Assembly: GCA_051252375.1 (NCBI GenBank)
Contig: JBPOFY010000002.1
Coordinates: forward strand, 64,001-128,000
Direction: 5' to 3'
Length of the DNA: 64,000 nt
Source: Opitutaceae bacterium
GTDB taxonomy: Bacteria > Verrucomicrobiota > Verrucomicrobiia > Opitutales > Coraliomargaritaceae
The notes under the pieces were generated by a model. The model worked only from the letters and a program-made list of their open reading frames with translations, was not told the DNA's origin and ran no database searches. The position numbers and the translations under genes were made by a program. Positions 11,179-22,056 of this stretch are shown here, piece after piece. Position 1 is the first letter of the stretch, and every line of letters begins with the position of its first letter.

Positions 11179-11451
11179 TTATACTTTTCCTTCTCCCGAC
11201 CTGATCTGTTTCACGCGGGCAATTTGTTTTTGCAGGCAGACCCGACTTGCAATCGTCACTAAAACGAAAAACCAGAGAAGAATCCCACCGCCACCACCAT
11301 GGTAGAGCCCGATGAAAAAGAATAAGCCCAGAATGATTAAATAGATATTATTACTTTTCAGCTTCCCATCATAAATCCCCAATAGCGTCTCCTTCGCCGA
11401 CGTATCGCCGAAATTCGCTTTCATCATCAAAGATATCTCTTGCTTCGTCAT
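11179..11451 (-). CDS. Small two-TM membrane protein, unknown function
   Basis: 90-aa ATG ORF with two hydrophobic segments, filling an intergenic gap. Confidence 0.5.
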   Translation of the reverse strand: MTKQEISLMMKANFGDTSAKETLLGIYDGKLKSNNIYLIILGLFFFIGLYHGGGGGILLWFFVLVTIASRVCLQKQIARVKQIRSGEGKV

Positions 11452-11559
11452 AGTTATGCCAAAGTCGGATTATTGGGAATAAGCGATAGGGAGCAAGGAA
11501 GCTCTACTACGACTCATACTCAACAAATAAGTCATCAAATCATTCCCCAAAGGCACCGT

Positions 11560-12330
11560 CTACTTAATCGCGGCTTTCTTCTTTGCCGCCTTCTTTTTAG
11601 GACTGCTTTTGAGCAACTTCACTTCCATCACAATTTGTTTGGCAATCTTGTTTTCACGCACTTGAAACAGATCGATCGCTTTAAACAGATCACTGAGTTT
11701 TTTGAAGCCATAGGTCCTATGATCGAAGGGACCTTGATTCGTAATGTAAGAGCCGACGGGACCGAGACGCGCCCAGCCCTCTTCATCCTCAGCTGCTTTC
11801 ACCGCGGAGCGTAGAATATTCATCAACTTTGTATTCTGCTTCAGTTGCACAACAGAATCAGCTTTGACTTGAGCTTCAGCCTTCCCGGTATCTGCTTCCT
11901 CCAAATAAAAGAATTTCGTGCAACTCGAAATAAAGGGGCTCGGTGTATTCTTCCCACCAAAACCAAATACTTGCTTGCCGTCTTCGCGTAAGCGCATTGC
12001 CAGTGGGGTGAAATCACAATCTGACGAAACCAAACAATAGATCTGAACATCTTTCTTCGTATAAAGAATATCCATCGTATCGATCAGTAGTGCCATGTCG
12101 GTGCCATTCTTCCCCTTCACCAAATCAAAATGCTGGATCGGCTGAATTGCATATTCATGCAGTATGTCGACCCAGCCTTTGAGCGCCCGCTTATTCCAAT
12201 TCCCATACGCCTTGCGAATATTCACCACCCCGTAGGTCGCGAGTTCGGAGACAATAAAATCAATCTTGGCGGCCGGCGAATTATCCGCGTCGATCAGGAG
12301 TGCTATATTCTGATTAGGTGGGGTATCCAT
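11560..12330 (-). CDS. NYN (LabA/PIN-like) domain protein with C-terminal OST-HTH/LOTUS domain
   Basis: IALLIDADN, KAYGNW, GKNGTDMALLID, SSDCDFTPL; C-terminal WARLGPVG...FDHRTYGFKKLSDLF; Lys-rich tail. Confidence 0.9.
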   Translation of the reverse strand: MDTPPNQNIALLIDADNSPAAKIDFIVSELATYGVVNIRKAYGNWNKRALKGWVDILHEYAIQPIQHFDLVKGKNGTDMALLIDTMDILYTKKDVQIYCLVSSDCDFTPLAMRLREDGKQVFGFGGKNTPSPFISSCTKFFYLEEADTGKAEAQVKADSVVQLKQNTKLMNILRSAVKAAEDEEGWARLGPVGSYITNQGPFDHRTYGFKKLSDLFKAIDLFQVRENKIAKQIVMEVKLLKSSPKKKAAKKKAAIK

Positions 12331-12387
12331 AGCCCATAGATTGAACAATAAACCGTGAGAGAACGAGTCTATTTACACAGGTAGCAG

Positions 12388-12443
12388 TTAGCCACAAAAG
12401 ACACAGGCTCCCGTTTTGTGCCTTCCGTGATTTTTGTGGTTAA
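12388..12443. repeat. Short imperfect inverted repeat (REP-like)
   Basis: TTAGCCACAAAAGACACAGG ... CCGTGATTTTTGTGGTTAA; same style as the element at 25061. Confidence 0.45.
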
Positions 12444-12606
12444 CTAATTAGACCAGCCCACAACCGATCTAAAACCACCCCATCAATCATCCGCCATCAG
12501 TCATCTCCCTCTATGCTTAGCGCCTTGGCGAGAACCTATCGCCCTCCCCCAAAATACCATTTTTTAAATATCGCAGCCTGCAACCCAGTAGATAAAATGC
12601 CACCAG

Positions 12607-13290
12607 ATGAATGTTCATTTAAAAATCCTAGGCTTTGAAACCCTCGACGCGATCCCTGACTGCTGGAGCCTTCAAGACTATCAAGCGCTGCTCGAACGAT
12701 GCGAAATCGACGACTACGCACAGTTATCTTTTTCCGAAGCAGAAGAGATGCTCTTCATGGCTTTGGCCGACTTGGAAGCCGACGAGGCAGCCAAAATCAT
12801 TCTGGAGTATAAGTTCTCTAGCCAGCTACGCGCCGGGCAGATCGAGCAAATGTCTCACGAGATGCTCGAAGACTGCCTCCCTGAGGAGCACCCCGACATT
12901 ACATTACATTATTGTCTCTTTAATATTAACGAACTGCTCAACCGCGCCTTTAATAATAAATTCCCAGACGCCAAAGCCACACGCATACGATTCAGATTGG
13001 AGATCGACGGTGCGGACTCGCAGACGAGCATAAGCAAAGAAATCATACTCAAAGCCTTTTCCCTGTGTTTCACCGACGGTCAAATCATTCACCGGCTCTA
13101 CGAAGATCAACTCGCGGGCGAACTCGCTTTCCCCGAAGCCGAGAGCATCCTCTGGGAAGTCCAAGCACAAGATGACCACGAATACACGATCATCACATCG
13201 CGTTATTGGATCGAGCGAGAAGACTTCTCGAGCTTACAAGCGAACGGCAAGATACAGCTGTCCAAATTGACTAAAGAGAAAAGAGCCTAG
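12607..13290 (+). CDS. Conserved hypothetical protein
   Basis: 227-aa acidic ORF with natural composition; no function recognised. Confidence 0.75.
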   Translation: MNVHLKILGFETLDAIPDCWSLQDYQALLERCEIDDYAQLSFSEAEEMLFMALADLEADEAAKIILEYKFSSQLRAGQIEQMSHEMLEDCLPEEHPDITLHYCLFNINELLNRAFNNKFPDAKATRIRFRLEIDGADSQTSISKEIILKAFSLCFTDGQIIHRLYEDQLAGELAFPEAESILWEVQAQDDHEYTIITSRYWIEREDFSSLQANGKIQLSKLTKEKRA

Positions 13291-13328
13291 TCTGACACCG
13301 CCCCCTTTCAGCTGAGCAAAACTTCGGA

Positions 13329-14108
13329 TTACTCCTGCGGCAATTCCTTGATGCGGATGTTGCGGAAGAGCAGCTCGGCCCATTCAGCCTGTAGGCCGAT
13401 ACGTCCTTTTTCGAGTGGTAGGGTCGTGCCATCTTTTTGACGCTGCACAAAGTTGAATGTTTCCAGGACAACCTCACCGTTGAAGATGAAAGTCGCTTTC
13501 TCGGAACCATGCACACGGATCTCCATTTCATTCCACTCGCCTTTTGGTTTCTCGACACCCGCAGCCGCCTCTACTCCACTACCAGTTACCCGTTCCGCAT
13601 CTGGATCATAACGCTTATCCTTCGGCGTATCGGTTCGTAAATGTCTACCTAGGACAAACAGATCTCCGGTATGGAAGCGACCCTCTTTGCCTTTGGCGAA
13701 AGGTTTGTCGCCTGCGGACTCACCGATCTGCATTTCCAAAGACCAAGGCCAGACCTTTGTGAGATCTCCATGAACATGAAAGAGTAAGCCTGAGTCGCGG
13801 TCCCAATCCGTCCGTGGGGCAAAACGTTTATCCAACCATTTGTATTCGAGCTTGAGAATATAATGACTGAATTCTTCATCTGAAACGAGGCAATCAGTGA
13901 CTTGCTTCGAATCGGCTTCAAGCCCGGCGTAAGTATGAATCGCTTGCTCCTCCTCATTAACCGAAAAGGCACCTGTATCACCCTCGCCTGAGCTACGCGC
14001 TGCAGACCAACCATCTAGAGTCTTGCCATCGAAAAGAGGTCTAAAGCCGTCGTCCTCAGCAAAGAGGGAAAGAGAAAGAAACAGGGGAAGCAAATAGAGG
14101 GTTTTCAT
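13329..14108 (-). CDS. DUF1080 (3-keto-disaccharide hydrolase-like) secreted protein
   Basis: Signal peptide from ATG 14108; LFDGKTLDGW, LKLEYKW, DSGLLFH, GEWN, GRIGLQAE, FRNIRIKEL. Confidence 0.88.
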   Translation of the reverse strand: MKTLYLLPLFLSLSLFAEDDGFRPLFDGKTLDGWSAARSSGEGDTGAFSVNEEEQAIHTYAGLEADSKQVTDCLVSDEEFSHYILKLEYKWLDKRFAPRTDWDRDSGLLFHVHGDLTKVWPWSLEMQIGESAGDKPFAKGKEGRFHTGDLFVLGRHLRTDTPKDKRYDPDAERVTGSGVEAAAGVEKPKGEWNEMEIRVHGSEKATFIFNGEVVLETFNFVQRQKDGTTLPLEKGRIGLQAEWAELLFRNIRIKELPQE

Positions 14109-14355
14109 ATTGGGGATTGTGAATTGAAGGGAAAGAGAGCTCAGGAAAACCCAAGTCTCTACGCGCAGCAAGCAGATAGCCGCATGACTCAAGAATTACG
14201 GAATACCCCCGGGTGCCCCACCTGTAGCATTCGAAACACCTTGACCTAAATTGGCTGCCAGTAATCTTCTCAAGAGCGTAGCTAGAATCCCACCTAAACG
14301 CCCTCCACCTGAGGACATTTCTGCTGCAAGCAATCCCCAAAAAAACATCGTTATA

Positions 14356-17300
14356 ATGCGAGCTATCCTAACCCTTGTCCTATCGCTCGCCTTCGCCAAC
14401 GTAAGCATCGCTGATGTTCTTGTGGGTTGGGATAACGACCCGACCGTCCACGGTTCCGAAAACTGGGCAAGCAGCTATAACGCCACGGGCATCAACGCCG
14501 CTACCGTGACTACCGGCAGCGGAATCTCCGCCAAGCTAACCAGCGGTGGTCCGGATATCGACCAAGCCATGAAATACACTGGTTTGCATGCCAGAAATAT
14601 CGCCGATGCCGTAACCAACAACGAATACATCAGCTTCACCCTCAACTCCAATGCCGACGCCTTTCAAATCGACAGCATTGAAATTTCCGACGTCAACATG
14701 AACGTGGGTTCTACTCTGATGATGGAGCTGCGTTCCAGCGTGGATGGCTTCACCACCACCCTATCTTCAAACTCGACCACCAACGCTGCTGGCCAAGGTA
14801 TCGAGAACTTTGCCACTTCAGGAATATCGGAGCTCAGCAATGTAGAGTTCCGCCTCTACTTTTACTGGGTAACCAATGGCAACGAGAACTCCAGCATCCA
14901 CTTCCGCAGCGATAAGACTTCGATCGACCAGTTCCCCGACGCCGCTGGCACTACGCTGACCGACCCGATCCTATTGGTTAACGGCAGCGTGTTTTTCGAC
15001 GGAGTCGCCTACATCACAGACTTCTCGGCTACACCGGATAACTTTATCGATTCCGATAGTGTGCAACTTACGTGGTCCACCATTCAGGCCAAACGACTGG
15101 AGATTAGCAACGACACCAGCAGCATCGCCACCTACACCACAAGCGTCGACGGACAGTCGTTCATCAACAGCGGTAGCCTCGCCCTTGGCACGATATCCGA
15201 AACCACGACCTACACGCTGACCGCGACCTTCGAGGAAAACGGCAGCGGAGACACCGTCACCGAGCAAACCACTGTCACGGTCATTCATACCACCGATATC
15301 GACACGGATCGCGACGGGCTCTCCGATGCCGAAGAAGCGGACACCTATTCCACCGATCCAAGCAACCCAGACAGCGACGGCGACGGCACACCCGACGGAC
15401 TCGAGGTCACCAACGGGCTCGACCCGAACGATCCCAACGAGTCGCTCGATCGCCCCAACATCATCGTTTTCTTCACCGACGACCAAGGCTGGGGCGACCT
15501 AGGCTGCTTCTGGCAGGACCAAAAGTCTGGCAGTAAGTTCGACACACCCGTCCTCGACAGCCTCGCAGCCGAGGGCGCCAAGCTCACTCACCACTACGTC
15601 TCCGCACCGATCTGTCTGCCCTCACGCAGCTCTCTTCTCCAGGGTCGCCATCAAGGTCACAGCGGCCTTCGCAACATCATGTTCGACAGTCCGCTTCCGG
15701 ATAATCATACCATCGCGGACACCCTGCGCCTTGCCGGATACCGCACCATCCATATCGGTAAGAACGGCGTCGCAGGCGGAGAAGGCAGCGTCAACCTCAG
15801 CGGCAACGGATCACAAAACCTCGAGGCACACCCGCTCAAGCGCGGCTTCGACGAGTTCTTCGGCTACCTCTTCCACGGCGACGCACACGAGCACTATCCG
15901 CGCAACGGCAACACCAATAAAACCGCCCACATCTACCACGATTTCCAGCAGGTTAACAACGCCTCGCTCGACCTTTACACCACTGACGCCTTCACCGCCT
16001 ATGCCAAAGACGCCATCATCCGCGAGCACAACGATAGTGATAACCAACCCTTCTTTCTCTATCTCGCATACGACGCACCACACTTCAACAACCAGCGCCC
16101 CGCTGTCGCTTACCCCTCGGGCGGCGGCCTAAACGGGGGCATCCAATGGACCACCGCGACCGACGGCTCCGGCATGATTCGCTATGCCTCGACAGCTGAC
16201 GGCACAGGCACGGTGGACGGATATAACCACCCCGACAACGACGCGGGCTGGACCAACAACGAGAAGCAACTCGTCGGCATGATCCGCCGTATCGACAACT
16301 CCATCGGCGACATCGTCCAACTGCTCAAAGACCTTGGTATCGATGACAACACCATGATTGTTTTCACCACCGACAACGGCCCCGACGGTTCCGTCAGCCG
16401 CGGCGTGCACACCTTCGAATCCTACGCCAACTTCGAAGGCACCAAACAAGACATTCTCGAAGGTGGTAGCCGCGTGCCCACCATCGTCCGCTGGCCCGGT
16501 AAGATCGCCGGCGCGACCAACGACGAAGCCAACATCCTCGAAATCGACCGTCCCGCGATCACTTACGATTGGATGCCCACCTTCGCGGAGATGGCTGGCG
16601 TGACCGCTCCCTCTTGGTGCGACGGCGTCTCCCTCCTGCCCACCCTCACCGGTCAAGGCATCCAGCGCGACAAAGGCTACCTCTACACCGAATTCAGAGG
16701 CTATCTCGGCACTTCCGTTCAAGACTATGACGAATTCCCCACCCACGGTGGCCGAACACGCGGCGAGACTCAGTTCGTGCGAATCGGTAACTACATGGGC
16801 ATTCGGATGGACATCCAGAGCGCCGCAGATCCATTCGAGATTTACGATGTCACTACCGACACCAAACAAGCCAACGACCTCGCCGGCGTCATGCCTGATC
16901 TCGAAGCACAGATGCGCGATATCGCACTGCAAACCCGTCGCCCACACGCCACCGCCACACGACCTTACGACTCCGCCCTCGTGCCGAACAGTGACCGCGA
17001 ATTGGAACCTGGTCTCCGCTACTACGCCTACGAAGGCATTTGGTCCTACGTCCCCGAATTCCGCGACATCCGCCCAATTCGCACCGCCCCCTGCGACAGC
17101 ATTGACCTCTCGCTCCGTGCACGCGACCAACACCACGGCCTACTCTTCTCTGGCTATATCGATATCCCCACCGGCGGCGACTACACCTTCCACCTCAGTT
17201 CCGACAGTGGCGCCAATTTCTTCATCCACGAAGCACATGTGATTGACGACGACTATCACCACGACCGCTCCGAACAATCCGGCACCACCAAGCTCGAAGC

Positions 17301-17649
17301 CGGCCTGCATCCCTTCAGGCTTTACTATCGCCACGCCACCGCATCCATTCATGAGCTTGAACTCAGTTGGGAGGGGCCGAGCATCACAAAACAAACCATC
17401 CCCGCGAGTGCCTTTTACCGCATCCCGGAAATCAAGACCACCGTCGGCGTCCAAGGCAGCAACCTGAACTTCAACTGGAACAGCCTCGGCGATCAGACCT
17501 ACCGGCTACGCGCCAACCAAACACTCCTGAATCACGCATCCATCTGGCCCATCATCGAAGAAAAAATTCCACCAAGCCCACCGGTAGGTAGTCTAAGTAT
17601 TCCGATGCCCAATGACGAACGTATGTTCTACATCATCGAAGAGGAATAA
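14356..17649 (+). CDS. Multidomain secreted S1 sulfatase (N-terminal beta domain, Ca-binding repeats, sulfatase, PA14, C-terminal beta domain)
   Basis: PNIIVFFTDDQGWGD, formylglycine motif CLPSRSSLLQGR, FTTDNG, EGGSRVP; PA14-like FSGYIDIPTGGDYTFHLSSDSGA. Signal peptide from ATG 14356. Confidence 0.9.
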   Translation: MRAILTLVLSLAFANVSIADVLVGWDNDPTVHGSENWASSYNATGINAATVTTGSGISAKLTSGGPDIDQAMKYTGLHARNIADAVTNNEYISFTLNSNADAFQIDSIEISDVNMNVGSTLMMELRSSVDGFTTTLSSNSTTNAAGQGIENFATSGISELSNVEFRLYFYWVTNGNENSSIHFRSDKTSIDQFPDAAGTTLTDPILLVNGSVFFDGVAYITDFSATPDNFIDSDSVQLTWSTIQAKRLEISNDTSSIATYTTSVDGQSFINSGSLALGTISETTTYTLTATFEENGSGDTVTEQTTVTVIHTTDIDTDRDGLSDAEEADTYSTDPSNPDSDGDGTPDGLEVTNGLDPNDPNESLDRPNIIVFFTDDQGWGDLGCFWQDQKSGSKFDTPVLDSLAAEGAKLTHHYVSAPICLPSRSSLLQGRHQGHSGLRNIMFDSPLPDNHTIADTLRLAGYRTIHIGKNGVAGGEGSVNLSGNGSQNLEAHPLKRGFDEFFGYLFHGDAHEHYPRNGNTNKTAHIYHDFQQVNNASLDLYTTDAFTAYAKDAIIREHNDSDNQPFFLYLAYDAPHFNNQRPAVAYPSGGGLNGGIQWTTATDGSGMIRYASTADGTGTVDGYNHPDNDAGWTNNEKQLVGMIRRIDNSIGDIVQLLKDLGIDDNTMIVFTTDNGPDGSVSRGVHTFESYANFEGTKQDILEGGSRVPTIVRWPGKIAGATNDEANILEIDRPAITYDWMPTFAEMAGVTAPSWCDGVSLLPTLTGQGIQRDKGYLYTEFRGYLGTSVQDYDEFPTHGGRTRGETQFVRIGNYMGIRMDIQSAADPFEIYDVTTDTKQANDLAGVMPDLEAQMRDIALQTRRPHATATRPYDSALVPNSDRELEPGLRYYAYEGIWSYVPEFRDIRPIRTAPCDSIDLSLRARDQHHGLLFSGYIDIPTGGDYTFHLSSDSGANFFIHEAHVIDDDYHHDRSEQSGTTKLEAGLHPFRLYYRHATASIHELELSWEGPSITKQTIPASAFYRIPEIKTTVGVQGSNLNFNWNSLGDQTYRLRANQTLLNHASIWPIIEEKIPPSPPVGSLSIPMPNDERMFYIIEEE

Positions 17650-17802
17650 TCCGCTAACAACTCCTCCAACTTAGTCTTTAAATTCTCTGTTAAAACTACC
17701 GCAAGTCTATGACGGGCAGACCCAATAACGATGTTAGGGGTTGCACTATGTTAAAAACTCCTCAGAAAAACTACCCTGTTCTACCCCCTACCCAATCGCA
17801 TC

Positions 17803-18933
17803 GTGAGTCATATAAAATACTACCCCCTATGGTGTTTATATCTAGCCCTAGGCCTAAGTGCCTTCGGTCAAACACCACCTGTAGACCTTGCCGATCTTAG
17901 TCTTGGAGACTTGCTGAATGCTAAAATCATTCGCTCTCAATCGAATCAGACGGCTCAAGAGACAAAGATCGATGGCACGGAAGCCAGCCCTCAAGGTCAT
18001 TTCGAATCGAACCACTTTCACTTCAGCCTAAGCTACATCAATGTAAAATTCGATGGATACAAGGATGGCACGAAGGACCTGTCTATCAGTGATGTGCTGA
18101 GGTTACCTACTGATGTTCCTACGGATGATAATTTCCCGGTAGTACCGACTATAATTCACCAACAGGCCATGCAATTTACAGGCGCGTATGAGCTCTCGGA
18201 CGAGTTCAGCCTCAGTTTGAGCATCCCTTATATCCGACAGGAAACAGAGCACGTCAGTAGCGTAGTCGGCTTCGATGAATTCACTATCATTAGCGAAGGC
18301 ATTGGAGATATTGAAGCAGGTGTATCATGGTTAAAGTGGTTGAATCAAAACAACAGCTTGCTTTTCAGCCTTGGTTTGAGCCTTCCCACCGGATCCATTG
18401 ACGAGAAGGGACGCACACCACGCAATGCGACGATGGACACGCAGTTGCCTTACACCATGCAGCTAGGCTCAGGCACCTACGACCTCAAGCCCTCAATCGT
18501 ATTCACAGGCAAAACGGGCGACTGGAACTACGGAGCCAACTTGAGCCTCACCCTCCGGACAGGAGAGAATTCTCGCGATTATCGTCTGGGCAATGTCTAT
18601 CAGGGCAGTATTTGGACACGTTACGAACTCGCAGACTGGATCCAGCCATCCATCCGTCTCACCGGCATCAGCTGGGATTGTATCAGCGGTCAAGATGACG
18701 AGATCCTTGGGCCGAACCCCGCGTTCCCTTATCCTGCAGCGGTAACGAACCCGAAGTATTTCGGCGGCGAAAAACTCTTGGCGCAGATCGGATTACGCTT
18801 ACGAGATCCCAGTGGCAGGCTTGAAAACTCCTTTTTGGAGGTCGAAGCTGGCATGCCATTCTATGAACGTCTGAATGGTCCCCAGCCATCTGAAAGCTGG
18901 CGCTTCTCGGCAAGCATCGTGCTTAACTTCTAA
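17803..18933 (+). CDS. Outer-membrane beta-barrel of the MetA-pathway/phenol-degradation 'transporter' type
   Basis: Signal peptide; EGIGDI, LGLSLPTGSID, LPYTMQLGSGTYDLKP, YRLGN, LNGPQ; terminal Phe. Confidence 0.7.
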   Translation: MSHIKYYPLWCLYLALGLSAFGQTPPVDLADLSLGDLLNAKIIRSQSNQTAQETKIDGTEASPQGHFESNHFHFSLSYINVKFDGYKDGTKDLSISDVLRLPTDVPTDDNFPVVPTIIHQQAMQFTGAYELSDEFSLSLSIPYIRQETEHVSSVVGFDEFTIISEGIGDIEAGVSWLKWLNQNNSLLFSLGLSLPTGSIDEKGRTPRNATMDTQLPYTMQLGSGTYDLKPSIVFTGKTGDWNYGANLSLTLRTGENSRDYRLGNVYQGSIWTRYELADWIQPSIRLTGISWDCISGQDDEILGPNPAFPYPAAVTNPKYFGGEKLLAQIGLRLRDPSGRLENSFLEVEAGMPFYERLNGPQPSESWRFSASIVLNF

Positions 18934-18942
18934 GTAGTCGCA

Positions 18943-19485
18943 ATGAAGCCCATAAATAAATGCCTCCTCTGGGCATTGAGCATAGCTCTATCAACGAGCC
19001 TTGGCTCTGCGTCAGATGGTCGAGCAATTATCGAAGAAAACCATGGCAAGGCACTTCTCATTTATAATATTGCCAAGTTCACGACATGGCCCCCCGAAGC
19101 AGCGCCCGTCACTGCTCCATTTTTGTTTACAATCTGGAATGATAAACCACTCGCCGAGGCATTCCAACAAATTGAGGGTCTGAAGACTCAAGGGCGCAGC
19201 ATTTGGATCAGACATCATGAAAAGGATAGTGTGCCAGTTCGCAGCGATGTGCTCATCATCCCAAAGCATCAGTTACAGATGTTCATCCAATCTAAAGATG
19301 AATTAGACACCATGCCGATCCTGACCGTGACCACAGATCCCCAGATCTTTGAGGCAGGAGCGATGGTACTGGTCGATATTGTCGATGATCACTTGTCATT
19401 TTCGGTCAATCTCGGAGCCGTAAAATCAAGTGGAATCGAAATCAGCGGCAACCTGCTACGCCACGCAAGAAAGGTGAATTTCTAG
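18943..19485 (+). CDS. YfiR family (DUF4154) periplasmic protein
   Basis: [43 protein letters not shown]. Confidence 0.85.
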   Translation: MKPINKCLLWALSIALSTSLGSASDGRAIIEENHGKALLIYNIAKFTTWPPEAAPVTAPFLFTIWNDKPLAEAFQQIEGLKTQGRSIWIRHHEKDSVPVRSDVLIIPKHQLQMFIQSKDELDTMPILTVTTDPQIFEAGAMVLVDIVDDHLSFSVNLGAVKSSGIEISGNLLRHARKVNF

Positions 19486-19492
19486 AAGAGTT

Positions 19493-21550
19493 ATGTTCAA
19501 GCGCTTCTCACAACTGCCGGTACGCAACAAACTGACACTGATCATTACGTGTGCAGCTCTGTTCGCAGTGACTCTGAGCGGAATTATTACGATCATCACT
19601 CAAGCTCGAACCGTTAACAATGGACTCCAACGTGAGATTGAGACAACGACCGAGCTGCTCGCTTCAAACGTAGCGGCTTCCCTCTATTTTAATTCTAAAT
19701 CCGAGGCCGAAACAACGCTTTCAGCTCTGCGATTCAAATCGCATATAGAAGCGGCAGCTCTTTACACAAAAGATGGTGAAATCTTCGCCGAGTATACTCG
19801 CACAGACAATCAGCACACACACGAGGTATTACCAACTCCAGCTGAATGCGGCACCTTTTCACCATGCCTGTCAGTCCAACAGGTAGTCCATTTAGACGGA
19901 GACGACATTGGCTTTGTAACTGTCGTGTCATCAAAAAAGCCTGTCCTGAACGCAATGCTTAGCTCAGCAATTACTGCAGCACTGACGATCATCCTAAGCA
20001 CCTTACTCGCGATCAAGCTTGCGCTCCGCTACTTGCGCCGCGTTTCAGCACCCGTTGAAGACCTCGCCAAAATCGCCGATGAAGTCTCTCGCACTGAAAA
20101 CTACAGCCTGCGTTCGCAGCATAACAGCAAAGACGAATTGGGCCAACTCTCACAAGCATTCAATCAAATGCTGGCGCGCATCCAAGAATCCGATGCGCGG
20201 CTTCGACTGGCAACTGATGAACTCTCAAAACGCGTGGAAGAACTCAACATTGAGAAAGAAGAGCGCGCCCTCGCCCAAGAGCGCGAAGGGCGCTTACAAG
20301 ATCGCCTAGCAGAGGCTCAAAAGCTAAAAGCTAAAAGCTTAAGTGACGCCAAAGAAGCCGCCGAGCAGGCAAACCGCATCAAATCGGAATTCCTCGCTTC
20401 TATGAGCCATGAAATCCGCACACCCATGAATGGCGTGATCGGCTTCACTTCGTTACTGCGCGACACTGAGATGAATGAGGAGCAGCAGGAGTTCATCGAT
20501 ATAATTCACAGTAGTGGCAATACCCTGTTACGACTTCTGGATGACATACTGGACTTTTCAAAAATCGAAGCAGGCCGATTGGAAATCGAAAAACGAATCT
20601 TAAATATACGTGAACTCGTGGATGACGCCGTCAGAATACTTCATGAACAATTGAAAGACAAGACGGTCGAAATAATCATTAATATTGATGACGATGTGCC
20701 CTCCTTCGTTGAATCTGACCCAAATCGTTTAAGACAAATACTTATAAACCTGATCGGTAATGCGATTAAATTTACCAACGAAGGCTCAATAGAAATACGT
20801 ATAGCATTTATCGATTTTAATGAAAAAAGTGAACAGCATGGCTACATGGGCGCCATCGATTGTTCAGTCATAGACACTGGCATCGGCATTTCCGAACAAG
20901 ACCAAAAGCGGTTGTTTGAGGTGTTCACACAGGTGGACTCATCTGCCACAAGAAAATACGATGGCGTGGGTCTCGGCTTAGCGATCACCAAACGCTTATG
21001 TGAAATACTCGGCGGATCAATCAAGTTAAACAGTGAACCGGGCGTCGGTTCTACATTTCACTTTTCCATACCCGTGTTTTCCTATGCAGATTTTGAATGC
21101 GTAGACCAACCGGAATCCCCAGCAGCGACGATGACAACATTGAAGGATAGCGACCTGAAAATGCTTGTTGTAGAAAACAATCTAGTTAACGCAAAGCTAC
21201 TCGCAGCACTACTCAACAAAGCGGGTCACTCCTGTGATATCGCGTATAGTTCAACTGAATGCATCGAGCACATGAGTCAGCTGCATTATGATATCATTTT
21301 CATGGACCTCAACATGCCCGACATGGACGGTTTCGAGCTGACCGCTCGTATTCGAGAACAAGAATCTCACTCTGTCAGCGCCAACACACCTAGATCGATC
21401 ATTATCGCAGTCACCGCCTGGGCAATGAAAGGCATGAAAGAACGCTGCTTAGAAGCAGGAATGAATGGTTATCTATCCAAACCCGTCATTCGTGAAGAAC
21501 TGACAGATTTGGTTGATAACCTTTGCATTGAGATCAGCCAACGCAGCTAA
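19493..21550 (+). CDS. Hybrid sensor histidine kinase (CHASE8-like sensor, HAMP, HisKA, HATPase, REC)
   Basis: Two TMs, [62 protein letters not shown]. Confidence 0.92.
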   Translation: MFKRFSQLPVRNKLTLIITCAALFAVTLSGIITIITQARTVNNGLQREIETTTELLASNVAASLYFNSKSEAETTLSALRFKSHIEAAALYTKDGEIFAEYTRTDNQHTHEVLPTPAECGTFSPCLSVQQVVHLDGDDIGFVTVVSSKKPVLNAMLSSAITAALTIILSTLLAIKLALRYLRRVSAPVEDLAKIADEVSRTENYSLRSQHNSKDELGQLSQAFNQMLARIQESDARLRLATDELSKRVEELNIEKEERALAQEREGRLQDRLAEAQKLKAKSLSDAKEAAEQANRIKSEFLASMSHEIRTPMNGVIGFTSLLRDTEMNEEQQEFIDIIHSSGNTLLRLLDDILDFSKIEAGRLEIEKRILNIRELVDDAVRILHEQLKDKTVEIIINIDDDVPSFVESDPNRLRQILINLIGNAIKFTNEGSIEIRIAFIDFNEKSEQHGYMGAIDCSVIDTGIGISEQDQKRLFEVFTQVDSSATRKYDGVGLGLAITKRLCEILGGSIKLNSEPGVGSTFHFSIPVFSYADFECVDQPESPAATMTTLKDSDLKMLVVENNLVNAKLLAALLNKAGHSCDIAYSSTECIEHMSQLHYDIIFMDLNMPDMDGFELTARIREQESHSVSANTPRSIIIAVTAWAMKGMKERCLEAGMNGYLSKPVIREELTDLVDNLCIEISQRS

Positions 21551-22056
21551 AAGCCCACACAACGTCAAAAGCAGAGCTTTGGGAATTGGGTTCATATACT
21601 TTAACGGTGCAGAATAGCCTGATTACTGGCCATCCATGCTGTTGAGGGGGGCATCCGAATTGATCAGGGGATAAACAAATCGCGGATACCATAAAAACAT
21701 ACTCGTGATCCAAGCTCAGCAACGGGAAAAAGGGACGAAAGGCAAGCCTACTTGGTGTTAGATTACCTGCCGAATCTTGATACTTCGCGTTTACCCCCAT
21801 TTGAGCCTTCTAGTGCCCTTTACGGACAATGATATTTGACGAGCTTCTATAGTATTTCGGCGGTCAAAACATCGGCACTAAAGCGGCATCACGTATATAC
21901 GTCATGCAGATCTATGCATATGCGTAATATACAGGAAGCCAGCAGTTTGATAGAATGATTGCATGATATTGTATAATAGTGCCTTCTGTGCTCTAGTTAT
22001 ACTTTCCATGCTCTCCTATTCTAACAATCAATCCCACGATTAATAACCGCAAAAAC

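Noticed and set aside
16129..17136. 335-aa minus-strand ORF and similar ORFs opposite the sulfatase and beta-repeat genes
   Set aside because: Shadow ORFs produced by codon bias on the coding strand.
21715..21790. Possible c-di-GMP-I riboswitch (GGGACGAAAGGCAAGCC) upstream of the surface protein
   Set aside because: Order and pairing of the conserved elements do not fit; an Infernal/Rfam scan would be needed.
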